This document shows positions 8,709 through 17,741 of a DNA stretch of 64,000 bases, piece after piece. The translations under genes and the position numbers were made by a program. The notes beneath the pieces were generated by a model, which worked only from the letters and a program-made list of their open reading frames with translations, did no database searches and had not been told where the DNA came from. The number at the start of each line of letters is the position of its first letter. The stretch's first letter is position 1. Origin of the DNA: a virus (lineage: Duplodnaviria > Heunggongvirae > Uroviricota > Caudoviricetes); the IMG/VR virus record IMGVR_UViG_3300036768_001066. One strand, 5' to 3'.

Positions 8709-8996
8709 ATGCTTAGAAGATTCATATACACAGGGGACATATCCGCGAACGGCGGTCCCAAGATCCTGCACGGCAACGACACCGATGTTTCGCTGCTAAC
8801 AATCGTCCAGGTACATAAGGACACGGATATGCGCCCTGACATAGGATCATATTACGGCAACCTCGTAACGTTGGAGGAGTTCATAGATAACGAGGAATTC
8901 TCCTTCGAGACAAACTACTTACAAGGTAGGCGTGATGCCATTGAGTATCTCGAGAAATTCAAGAATCTTGGTGTTGCTGAGATTCGACGTGAATGA
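8709..8996 (+). CDS. hypothetical protein
   Basis: 95-aa ORF. Overlapped by ORFs 8932..9135 and 9123..9695 in other frames; the three may be separate small genes or a frameshifted unit. Confidence 0.4.
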   Translation: MLRRFIYTGDISANGGPKILHGNDTDVSLLTIVQVHKDTDMRPDIGSYYGNLVTLEEFIDNEEFSFETNYLQGRRDAIEYLEKFKNLGVAEIRRE

Positions 8997-9122
8997 TGGG
9001 GCAGCCGATACAATATTCTTCAGGATAAACAACAGTACGGACCTGGCGAGCCTAATGGTGCACATACACGCGTGGCGCCCGGACGAATTCACAAGGCAAG
9101 ATAACGAAAACTGGTTCAGACT

Positions 9123-9695
9123 ATGGTGGGACTAAGAGAAGACGAGCGACTGCTCCGCATGATAAATGAGTGGCGCCTTAAGCCGGAGGGCATGGGCAAG
9201 AAGTACCTCGGCATAGAGTCTATGTCTTGGCACATGTCGGTGTACCCAATGTGGTTCAATGACGATCTCGAAGTGCGGCTGAGGATAAAGTACAACGCAG
9301 CTAACCCCATGAACGGGCAGAACTTGCTATATGTAATAGACATCGCCAACGACCGTGTCGTATACAATGGCTTGGACATCGACGAACTCGAGACGTTCCC
9401 GGACGACAAGCTCGTTATGGTGGAGTCCATGGTGAATCTCGCAGATCACGTAATATCTGTGATGCGCGGCCGAGAGAACGAGCTGTACGACTTTAAGAAC
9501 ATACAGGCCGAGCTCCACCGGAGGATGGACGAAGAAGCACACAAGAGACTCGCCAAGCGGTACAAACACCACGTCGAGGAGGCACAGCTCCTCGGGTACG
9601 AAATAAAAACATACCACGAATTCATAAACACGCTGAGCGATGAAGACAAAGATTATATTCAGGGGGTCTGGGAGAGATCAATCATACCAGATTGA
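9123..9695 (+). CDS. hypothetical protein
   Basis: 190-aa ORF with protein-like composition. Confidence 0.5.
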   Translation: MVGLREDERLLRMINEWRLKPEGMGKKYLGIESMSWHMSVYPMWFNDDLEVRLRIKYNAANPMNGQNLLYVIDIANDRVVYNGLDIDELETFPDDKLVMVESMVNLADHVISVMRGRENELYDFKNIQAELHRRMDEEAHKRLAKRYKHHVEEAQLLGYEIKTYHEFINTLSDEDKDYIQGVWERSIIPD

Positions 9696-9880
9696 TACGG
9701 AGCTTGGTATGCAGCCGGCCGAAAAAACGGTCATGACGTTTCATGACGTGGACCAGGTGCCGGACTGGGTCCGCAACGAGCGCTGGTACGTTCACGACAC
9801 CCAGATAGATTTCTTCGGCAGTACCAGCTACATGGTACCCATAATGACCGTGTCGTTGAAAACGACTATCTAAAGATCTC

Positions 9881-9890
9881 AATATATAAG
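9881..9890 (+). promoter_or_regulatory. AATATATAAG motif inside palindrome atctcaa-tatata-agttgagat
   Basis: Motif instance only 6 nt before the ATG of the 1264-aa ORF, flanked by a 7-bp inverted repeat. Confidence 0.35.
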
Positions 9891-9895
9891 TTGAG

Positions 9896-12800
9896 ATGAT
9901 ACTTGCATTTTCACATACGCTGGACTTTCCATACGAGACCGCATTGGCGCTCGCCAAGGAGAAATTCCCGGACCTCGACTATTCGAACGTAAACACCTCG
10001 CGCGACCTCGATACGTTGCTGCTCGAGGCAGGCGAAATACTTTACGTAGACATAGACTTCGATAAACAGAGCAGGGAGGCGATAGCACTCGAGAACGAGA
10101 CGGCCAAGATAGTGGAAGCGCAAATAGGGGTGCTCGAATGCCCGGAGGACGGTGTGCCGCTCGTGTACACACAAGAGGAGCTTGACGCCGCCATATCCTG
10201 CGAGGTGCCCAACGAATTCCCGGACCCTAACTCCGACGACCCGGACGCCGCACCATCGGATAAGGATCTTCTCGAGTTGAATGCGGAGATAAGTCAGCTT
10301 GAGAAGGAGCTCGACCAGATACTCGAACTTCAGGACGAGGATAAGAATAAGATGCTCGACTGCGTCGGCAAGATGCAAAGCATAGCGGACGAGCTGAACG
10401 TCCTGATAGACAGGGAGACAAAGGTCAGGGAGACCGAGATAAATCTCGAGGAACTCTACTACAACTTCAGCATATTCGAGCGGTACTACAAAAAACGTGT
10501 ACAGAGGCTCGATGAGATACTCGGCATATTCGACCCGTTAATCATAGAGAAGCGAAGGCTTGAGGCGGAGATAGACAGGTTCCAGCCCATCCGCGACGAC
10601 GACAGAGATAAGTTCATCGAGCTCGACAAGATAATAAACCCCCAGAACTATACGTCCAACGTGTCCGGCATAGCTAACGCCATAGGGAACGCAACAGCAA
10701 ATGCTGTGAGCAGTGTGGCTGGTGCAGTGTCCACGGCCGCCGGAGACGCGGGGTTAAGCGGGATTGCTGGCGCCGCGCAAAACGCGTCGAACGCAACTTA
10801 TACGCCTCAGTACTCGCAGCAACAATACTCAGACTGGCAAGCCGCCAAGAAATTATTTGAGGACGACGAGGCATATCTGAATCAGCTGAAAGCGGATTTG
10901 CAGACCACCAAGGACAACCTCACAATGGAGCAGAACAAGATAGCTCCGTTCCTTAACACCGACGTCACGACAGTCAACACGCAGCAGTACGGCAGCAACG
11001 CAGAGTACGAGAGGTTCAGGTTCCTCGAGCAACGTCTCGCAGGGCTGTTCAGCGGCGCAGGCGATTCAATATACACCAGGATAACGACGTTCACGACCAG
11101 GACGACTGCTGTGCAGCAGCAGAACAGCAACAACTCTAACACAAACGAATCGTTCAGGCTCGAAATAAAATACACCCCCATAGACAGGGCCAATATTCTC
11201 GCCGGACGACCGAAGACTTACATGTTCTCCGACCAGGACACCACCATATTGCCTGTACCGCCTAACGAGACACCGCACGGTATTCTGTATGACAGGCTAT
11301 ACAATATATGGGATGACGACGAGAAATTTTTCACGAGGGAGGAGAGGGGATTAACCGCAAACGCCGCGGACGCCGCGTCAAACCTTAAGGGCTCCGGCGC
11401 CGAAGTATTCAAGGGCAGCTTCATAGGCGACGTGTCCAAGTTCAGGGCGTTCTATGAGAACTTCACACAGGAGTGGGAGAACAAGGTGTCGTTTACCAAA
11501 GAGAACGTGATAAACCCGGCGCATGCCGATCTTATCAGCGCGCTCGAGTTATTTGCTGTTAGTGAGGTCGAGTACCTCCTCGCATACGGAAACGCATACG
11601 AACAGTTGCCAGCCGACGTGCAATGGCTCGGCAACATAATAGAATATGTTAGGCAGTCGTCCGAGCGGTACATGGCAAAGACGCAGGAGCTGAGATCCGA
11701 TTTTCTGTTCGTGCAAGAATCGCACAAGAAGGTTATCGCGGACATCACGACAAAGCGCGGCCAGTACTTGACAGTTCCATGCGCATTAAATACCGCGCCG
11801 CCAGAACAGACGGAGCCGGACGGAGCCGGCAGCGACCCGCTCGGTGCGGAGTCTCTACTGAGTATGGACCCGTCAAAACCCAACCCTACAAAGTGGTGCT
11901 ACTGGGTGCGCTTTGCTGCATACGCAACTGCCGTCAATATACTGCCGCTGCCTGGTAGCGGTGGTTTCAGGTACTGGCCGATAGGGCTTACAATACCTAA
12001 TCCGAGCGGACTGATAAAAATACCCCTCCCGATAATCTGGATACCTATAGCCGTTATACCGCTGCAGGTGGGAATATTCGTAATATTCATTGGGCTGTGT
12101 GGTATATGTCCTTCACCGGTCGTGTTCTACATAGGGCCGAACGGCGAGAAGAAGTTCATAATATCGCTGAGGCCAGGTGATGACTTCGGAGCAAACGCGG
12201 AGGAGTCGATAATAAAGACCATAGACAAGCTCGGCGTCGGCATCAAGGCCCCGATAAAAAACCTGATAAATCAAATACAGGTGCCAGGCTTCCAGCCTCT
12301 GCTGAACCCGGACGGTTCGTCTGGATTGCTCGAGGACATAAAGGACAAGATAATAAAAAACATACAGAAGCTGCCGCAGTTGCCAAGCACGGCGCGGCTC
12401 AACGCACTCGATCCTAACGCGTCGATAGACCAGAAGCGTGCTGAGCTCAAGAACGCAATACTGGCCGAGATAGACAAGATAAAAATACCGGACCTAAAGT
12501 TCCCGAAAGACGGATCAACCGTAAATCCGAAACCACCTCCGATAACGGAGATCATTGACCAGCTGAAGAAGGCGGCTAAGCTTAATCTGCCTCAGTTGAT
12601 GGTGCCGTCCGTCGAGAAGATGAATCTTAAGACGAAGTTGCTCGCGGAGATAGACAAGCTTGGGCTGGAAGACGTAGAGCTGCCTTCGATACCGCGGTTG
12701 CCGGAAGTGCCGAACGAGCTTAACGATTATCTGAAGAAGGTGCGCGAGGCATTGGTGAAGTTCATAGGTAAAGCGAAATCAAAGATAACACCGGAAGGGC

Positions 12801-13690
12801 TCGGCATCCTCGCGGAGATAGGGATCGAGGGCGTTGTGTTCGTAAACCCGTACCAGTGCAAGGGCACGACTAAGGGTTTATCGTTGCCGCCAATACCGGG
12901 GCCGGTATTGATTGGACTCGCCGTGCTCGACCAACTGACGCTCGCCGCAGTCAACGGTATATCGACCGAGAACATGCTGAAGCTGCTTGGCAACAGGCCG
13001 GCGTTGCCGGGTAATTTAAAAGAGCTGGCAAGGAACGTTCTCGGCACCATGCCTAACGTGGAGGTACCAAACCCGTCGAAGGTGTCTATAAAGGACATGC
13101 TCAAGGACTCGGTTAAAATGGTTGTCAAGATGCAACTGCCGAGCCTGCCGGACCCTACTAAGCCGCCGCAGATAAGAATATCCGTGCCGGGCGAGCTGCT
13201 GAGAGGTTCGTTGAAGGTCGGCGTCGAGGGCATCATGAACGCGTTCCCTGCCCAGACGGTTCCATTCCCGACGCTGAGTCCGATAGATCTTAAACAAATT
13301 ATGGTATCCATAGTGGAGGATTCGTTTAAGCCCGTAGAGGATAAGCTCGGACCGTTCCTCGACATAGCGCAGGGATTCCAGAATGCGAAAGATAAGAGCT
13401 TTGCCGAACTGCTCGGCCTAAAGAAACTGAACCTCGACCACTCGCGCATACCCACTGTCACGCCGGAAGCGATGGCGGCTGCGATGGCGGTGGTTAAGAC
13501 CATATCGCTAACCCCGTACCCAGCTGTCGCGATAGCGCCGCAATTATTCAAGCAGCTGCACCCAGTGCTCACGAGCGACGACCTCCCGCCATGGGAAAGG
13601 TTCACCCTCGACAACTTCCTGTTCGTGTGCTTCCTCGACGAGTGGTGCAGGCAGGGCAAGAAAACGTGCGGATTTTTTGAGAATCCTTGA
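9896..13690 (+). CDS. large (1264 aa) coiled-coil / Ala-Gly-rich / TM-segment protein; possible tape-measure or ejection/internal virion protein
   Basis: Long uninterrupted ORF. N-terminal coiled-coil heptads, low-complexity A/G/S stretch (NAIGNATANAVSSVAGAVSTAAGDAGLSGIAGAAQ), strongly hydrophobic block (WCYWVRFAAYATAVNILPLPG...IPLQVGIFVIFIGLCGICP), repetitive proline/lysine-rich C-terminal half. Confidence 0.7.
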   Translation: MILAFSHTLDFPYETALALAKEKFPDLDYSNVNTSRDLDTLLLEAGEILYVDIDFDKQSREAIALENETAKIVEAQIGVLECPEDGVPLVYTQEELDAAISCEVPNEFPDPNSDDPDAAPSDKDLLELNAEISQLEKELDQILELQDEDKNKMLDCVGKMQSIADELNVLIDRETKVRETEINLEELYYNFSIFERYYKKRVQRLDEILGIFDPLIIEKRRLEAEIDRFQPIRDDDRDKFIELDKIINPQNYTSNVSGIANAIGNATANAVSSVAGAVSTAAGDAGLSGIAGAAQNASNATYTPQYSQQQYSDWQAAKKLFEDDEAYLNQLKADLQTTKDNLTMEQNKIAPFLNTDVTTVNTQQYGSNAEYERFRFLEQRLAGLFSGAGDSIYTRITTFTTRTTAVQQQNSNNSNTNESFRLEIKYTPIDRANILAGRPKTYMFSDQDTTILPVPPNETPHGILYDRLYNIWDDDEKFFTREERGLTANAADAASNLKGSGAEVFKGSFIGDVSKFRAFYENFTQEWENKVSFTKENVINPAHADLISALELFAVSEVEYLLAYGNAYEQLPADVQWLGNIIEYVRQSSERYMAKTQELRSDFLFVQESHKKVIADITTKRGQYLTVPCALNTAPPEQTEPDGAGSDPLGAESLLSMDPSKPNPTKWCYWVRFAAYATAVNILPLPGSGGFRYWPIGLTIPNPSGLIKIPLPIIWIPIAVIPLQVGIFVIFIGLCGICPSPVVFYIGPNGEKKFIISLRPGDDFGANAEESIIKTIDKLGVGIKAPIKNLINQIQVPGFQPLLNPDGSSGLLEDIKDKIIKNIQKLPQLPSTARLNALDPNASIDQKRAELKNAILAEIDKIKIPDLKFPKDGSTVNPKPPPITEIIDQLKKAAKLNLPQLMVPSVEKMNLKTKLLAEIDKLGLEDVELPSIPRLPEVPNELNDYLKKVREALVKFIGKAKSKITPEGLGILAEIGIEGVVFVNPYQCKGTTKGLSLPPIPGPVLIGLAVLDQLTLAAVNGISTENMLKLLGNRPALPGNLKELARNVLGTMPNVEVPNPSKVSIKDMLKDSVKMVVKMQLPSLPDPTKPPQIRISVPGELLRGSLKVGVEGIMNAFPAQTVPFPTLSPIDLKQIMVSIVEDSFKPVEDKLGPFLDIAQGFQNAKDKSFAELLGLKKLNLDHSRIPTVTPEAMAAAMAVVKTISLTPYPAVAIAPQLFKQLHPVLTSDDLPPWERFTLDNFLFVCFLDEWCRQGKKTCGFFENP

Positions 13691-13736
13691 TGGAAGATTG
13701 GGGGCAACATTGGGTATCTTTTGCCGTATAACCCGC

Positions 13737-15146
13737 ATGAGCGAAGACACCAAAAAATTACTGATACCGATAGACCTTAACACCGGCCAGCGCGAGGCAT
13801 TTAAGAAGATTGTGCACTTTCTCGAGGCCGGCGGTGATTCTATGTTCTTGCTCGAGGGATACGCGGGCACCGGCAAGACCTACCTCGTATCCAAGATAAT
13901 CAGGCACGTGCTGACCAAATTTCCAGGATGGAAGATAGCCGTGACCGCGCCTACCAACAAAGCGGTGAAGGTCCTGCAGAAATCGAGCAGCATGAAGGAC
14001 CGCAAGCTCGAGTTTCAGACCATACACAAGCTACTCGGCCTGAAGGAGCAAATAACCAATGACGGCAAACAAGTATTCGTAAGGCAGAACGAGGAGGATT
14101 CGACCATAGAGGACTTCCACTTCGTCATAGTCGACGAGGTGTCCATGCTAAGCGACGAGCTGTTCGTAGAGCTGTACAGGCACAGCGGGCACGTTAAGCT
14201 GCTATACATGGGCGACCCGGCACAGATTCCACCGGTAGGAAAGCCGGACTGCATTCCATTTATACCGGAGGAGAGGGAGAAGTACGTCATGGACAGGTGC
14301 ACGCTCACGGAGACCATGCGCCAGGCGGAGGGCAACCCCATACTCGCTGCGGCTTTCGCTATCAGGAATGACCTGAAGTCGGATGTCCACCCGGACGTCC
14401 CGAGGCAGACAACGCTCGGATGCGACGGCAAGGGCGTCGTGATAATAGATGCTAATAAAAAGGAGGAGCGCGACAAACTCACCGAGCTCTTTACTGAGAA
14501 GTTCGATTCGCCTGAGTTCACCGCGAACCCCGACTACGCCAAGATAATCGCGTGGAGGAACGTAACGGTGGACAACCTAAACCGCATTATACGCTCTATA
14601 ATATACAAGCAGACCGACCTGGCTAAGATAATGCCTGGCGAGAAGCTGATAGCGAACAAGCCGGTGGTGTCGGATTACGACACAATCATATTCACCACCA
14701 ACGATGAATTCGAGGTTGTATCGTACGACATACGCACGAGGAACTACGCGAGGAATAACTATGACGAGGCGGTGAAGCTCCAGATATACGAGGTCAAGGT
14801 CAGACATATCGACATCGACGGACGCGAGATCACAAGGGAAGTAGAAATACTGCACGAGGATTCAGAGGGGGACTTCAACAGGCACGCAGCGTACCTAAAG
14901 AGTGAGGCCATCAAACTAAAGGGTAAGGACCGCTCTTGGGTCAAGTACTACGATTTCTTACGGAAGTTCGCGGACGTGAGCTACAACTACGCAATCACGG
15001 CGCACAAGGCGCAGGGTTCTACGTACACCAACACATTCATAATAGAGGACGACATCAACTACAACAGGAACGTGTACGAGAGGAATAGGATTAAATACAC
15101 GGCATACACCAGGCCAACGGACCTACTCTATATTGTGAGGCGATGA
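13737..15146 (+). CDS. Dda/RecD-like superfamily 1 DNA helicase
   Basis: Walker A LEGYAGTGKTYLVS, Walker B FVIVDEVSML, and a C-terminal ...ITAHKAQGSTY...YTAYTRPTDLLYI motif typical of RecD/Dda/Pif1-type helicases. ATG at 13737 in frame with track ORF 13677..15146. Confidence 0.8.
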   Translation: MSEDTKKLLIPIDLNTGQREAFKKIVHFLEAGGDSMFLLEGYAGTGKTYLVSKIIRHVLTKFPGWKIAVTAPTNKAVKVLQKSSSMKDRKLEFQTIHKLLGLKEQITNDGKQVFVRQNEEDSTIEDFHFVIVDEVSMLSDELFVELYRHSGHVKLLYMGDPAQIPPVGKPDCIPFIPEEREKYVMDRCTLTETMRQAEGNPILAAAFAIRNDLKSDVHPDVPRQTTLGCDGKGVVIIDANKKEERDKLTELFTEKFDSPEFTANPDYAKIIAWRNVTVDNLNRIIRSIIYKQTDLAKIMPGEKLIANKPVVSDYDTIIFTTNDEFEVVSYDIRTRNYARNNYDEAVKLQIYEVKVRHIDIDGREITREVEILHEDSEGDFNRHAAYLKSEAIKLKGKDRSWVKYYDFLRKFADVSYNYAITAHKAQGSTYTNTFIIEDDINYNRNVYERNRIKYTAYTRPTDLLYIVRR

Positions 15147-15258
15147 ATACCTAATTTGACCTGTACGAGCACCACGCGTACCTAAATACGGTGCTGTTTG
15201 ACGGGGTGCTCGAGCCGATAGAACTAAGCATCACACTAAAAGCAGGGGCGGTCTGTTC

Positions 15259-15500
15259 GTGTCCAAGACGTCTTCCAGCTTCGTCAACGGCAAGCGAGTA
15301 TTTACCAAGACCCCGATGTACATAGAGCTGTCCGGGTTCTACACAAAAACGGAAGAGGACATGCGTGGCATACTCGCTCACGAAATGTCCATCAGTATCT
15401 TGCACAGTTTGACATACGCGACAACGCAGCGCACGGCACGGAGTTCCACAGGATCCGAGGATGCTCAATGCCAAAGGTATCGTAAGGATCCCACTTACTG
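15259..15500 (+). pseudogene. frameshifted partial duplicate of the downstream SprT-like gene
   Basis: Frame 1 reads ...MRGILAHEMSISILHS and the +1 frame continues ...HQYLAQFDIRDNAAHGTEFHRIRG. Together these parallel VLAHEMIHAYLEQTGVRERDAHGPRFMRMRE of 15522..16073. A 1-nt indel sits inside the HExxH codons. Confidence 0.45.
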
Positions 15501-15521
15501 TGGATTCGAGCGATATAAAGC

Positions 15522-16073
15522 GTGAAATACATCAAGGACATAGGACTGTTTGAGGCCGAACACATTAACTACAAGAAAATCGACCTCCGTGCCGAATTCG
15601 ACCATATCAATACGCGCCAGTTCGACGGCAAAGTTAAACCGGTGCCGCTGAGGTGGATGAACTCGAAGAACACCGTAGGGCTCATGAGCTACGACGGGCA
15701 GAATATCCGAGACATAGGCATATCGTACTACTACAAGATGTCACTCCAGGAGCTCAGGAACGTTCTCGCGCACGAGATGATACACGCATACCTTGAGCAA
15801 ACGGGGGTGAGGGAGCGGGACGCGCACGGCCCGAGATTCATGAGGATGAGGGAGGAACTGAACAAAAAATTCCCAGAATACAACATAGTCAAGTCGGAGA
15901 ACGCCGAGGAGTTCGAGGTTTCGAGCTATGCGAGGATAAAGGAATACGGGGTCGTCATATTTGACGAAATCGAGGCTATCAGTCTCGTAGTCGTGCCGGT
16001 AGACCTGATAACCGATAATAACCTGGCGGACTTTATTGTGTGGCTAAAAAAAATACGGTCTGCATATTTTTAG
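15522..16073 (+). CDS. SprT-like zinc metalloprotease; carries the shared N-terminal leader (GTG start, VKYIKDIGLFEAEH)
   Basis: HEMIHAY ... HGPRFMRMREEL is the SprT-like HExxH plus downstream His motif. N-terminus matches the leader family. DNA at the start (aaatacatcaaggacata) is 17/18 identical to the start of 22489..22923. Confidence 0.65.
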   Translation: MKYIKDIGLFEAEHINYKKIDLRAEFDHINTRQFDGKVKPVPLRWMNSKNTVGLMSYDGQNIRDIGISYYYKMSLQELRNVLAHEMIHAYLEQTGVRERDAHGPRFMRMREELNKKFPEYNIVKSENAEEFEVSSYARIKEYGVVIFDEIEAISLVVVPVDLITDNNLADFIVWLKKIRSAYF

Positions 16074-16333
16074 GAAGCTTACGGTGTCCGTGTACAAATC
16101 GAGCCACCCGGAGATAGCCAAATTCAAGATGAAGAAATCGTTGACACCCAAGAGAATGGAGACGTATGTCATAACGAGGGAGCTCGCGGATAAGATAAAA
16201 AAGGACGGCACTCTCGTTTTGGAGGAGAAGCTCAAATAATTCTTAAAAAAGCCGAAGCTTTTATAGGTTTGAGTATATAATAAAGATACGATACGCAGAT
16301 AACTATTGTTTAACCACCAAAATTAAAATCTCA

Positions 16334-17431
16334 ATGGGCAGACTCATAGAGAACAAGTCAGTAATAACCAAGGACCCAAGCCACAAGGTATACTGCCAGG
16401 AACCATACGCGCAAGAACTTTACGACAAATACCAGGCCTACTTCGAGGGCCGCTCCATAGTCCCCAAAGACATGGTTGTGGGCCAGATATGCAAGGCCAG
16501 AGTAGACAAAGTCGACGGATCGATCGTCGTTGTTACAACGGAATCGTCCGCGAACATATTCCTCGACTACCAGAAGGAAAGCAGATTCCTCGAGAAAACC
16601 GGGCACACGCTCAAGCCGGGGCTGCAAGTGGATGTCCTGCTCGAGACAATCAACAGGGGCAATTACTACGGCTCTATAGAGAAGGCGTACATGATAACCC
16701 TGAAGCGAGACCTATTCGATTCTATGAAAACAGAGTTTACCGCTTACAAGGGCACCATCAAGTCCATAAACGATGGCGGCTTCATGGTCGACATCGCCGG
16801 GCTCGACTGCTTCATGCCAGGATCCCTGGCTGCCGCCAACAAGGTCCTCAACTTCGAGTCAATGCTCGGCAGGGAGGTCATGGTAATGGTGGAAAACTAC
16901 CTCGAATCGTCCGACATGTTCGTAGTGTCGAACAAGAAGTACATACAGAAGATAATCCCTTCGAAGATAAAGGAACTCGACCTCGGAGCGCAATTTACCG
17001 GGATCGCAACTGGGACTGTGGACTACGGCGTGTTCGTGGAGTGGGACGAGATGTTCACAGGGCTCCTGCACGAATCCGAGATTACTGACGGCGACTGGAG
17101 GAACATAAAGCCGGGAGACCAGATGAAGTTCTACATAAAGGAGATACGCGAGAACAACCGTATCATACTAAGTCAGAAGGGTCCATCGCCTGAGATTATG
17201 GCGCTGACCGAGTTCAAGGCCAAGTACGAGGGAGAGATTGTGACGGGAGAGATCAAGGACATCAAGCAGTTCGGGGCCTTTGTTGAGATGAAGAACAAGG
17301 TGACTGGATTGTTACCTACCAAGGAACTAAAGAAACTCGGACGTCTCAAAGTCGGCGACGACGTGGACGTTTACGTGAAATTCGTGGATGTTTCGGCTCG
17401 CAAGATCTACCTGAAGGCCGACGAAGAGTAA
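16334..17431 (+). CDS. ribosomal protein S1-like protein (multiple S1 RNA-binding domains)
   Basis: At least four S1-type repeats (VGQICKARVDKVDGSIVVV...; GTIKSINDGGFMVDIAGLDCFMPGS; TGIATGTVDYGVFVEWDEMFTGLLHESE; GEIVTGEIKDIKQFGAFVEMKNKVTGLLP). Motif gtatataataaag lies about 55 nt upstream. Confidence 0.7.
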   Translation: MGRLIENKSVITKDPSHKVYCQEPYAQELYDKYQAYFEGRSIVPKDMVVGQICKARVDKVDGSIVVVTTESSANIFLDYQKESRFLEKTGHTLKPGLQVDVLLETINRGNYYGSIEKAYMITLKRDLFDSMKTEFTAYKGTIKSINDGGFMVDIAGLDCFMPGSLAAANKVLNFESMLGREVMVMVENYLESSDMFVVSNKKYIQKIIPSKIKELDLGAQFTGIATGTVDYGVFVEWDEMFTGLLHESEITDGDWRNIKPGDQMKFYIKEIRENNRIILSQKGPSPEIMALTEFKAKYEGEIVTGEIKDIKQFGAFVEMKNKVTGLLPTKELKKLGRLKVGDDVDVYVKFVDVSARKIYLKADEE

Positions 17432-17564
17432 TCTAAGGGGAATAAGGGGTCGAAATACCGAGTGTAAACCAGGAACCCTGAGCGAGTCGCGACGTACAGA
17501 CACAGGGGCCAAATCGCGAACGATAGATACGGCCTGCTCACTGTTAGGCACTCAATCTTAGATG

Positions 17565-17600
17565 AGAGGGACCATTAAAACTGGTCCCTCTTTTTATTTT
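17565..17600 (+). terminator. rho-independent terminator (agagggacca-ttaaaac-tggtccctct plus T-rich)
   Basis: 10-bp perfect stem followed by tttttatttt, about 130 nt downstream of the S1-like gene. Confidence 0.8.
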
Positions 17601-17741
17601 ACACGATATATAAAACATGAAGAAGATGGAACAACTGAAGCCAGAACAAGCTAACGAAATAACATGATGAGGAATGTCATTATCACAAACAGCTGCGAGG
17701 ATGGGAACGGGTGCCGACTTATTATTAAAATTGGGTCTTAG

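Noticed and set aside
16190-16246. Apparent slippery A-run (gataaaaaagg) suggesting a programmed frameshift in a small ORF downstream of the SprT-like gene
   Set aside because: My first coordinates were offset. Recounting shows a single uninterrupted 36-codon ORF (16129..16239, MKKSLTPKRMETYVITRELADKIKKDGTLVLEEKLK). No frameshift is needed, and the ORF is too short to call confidently as a gene.
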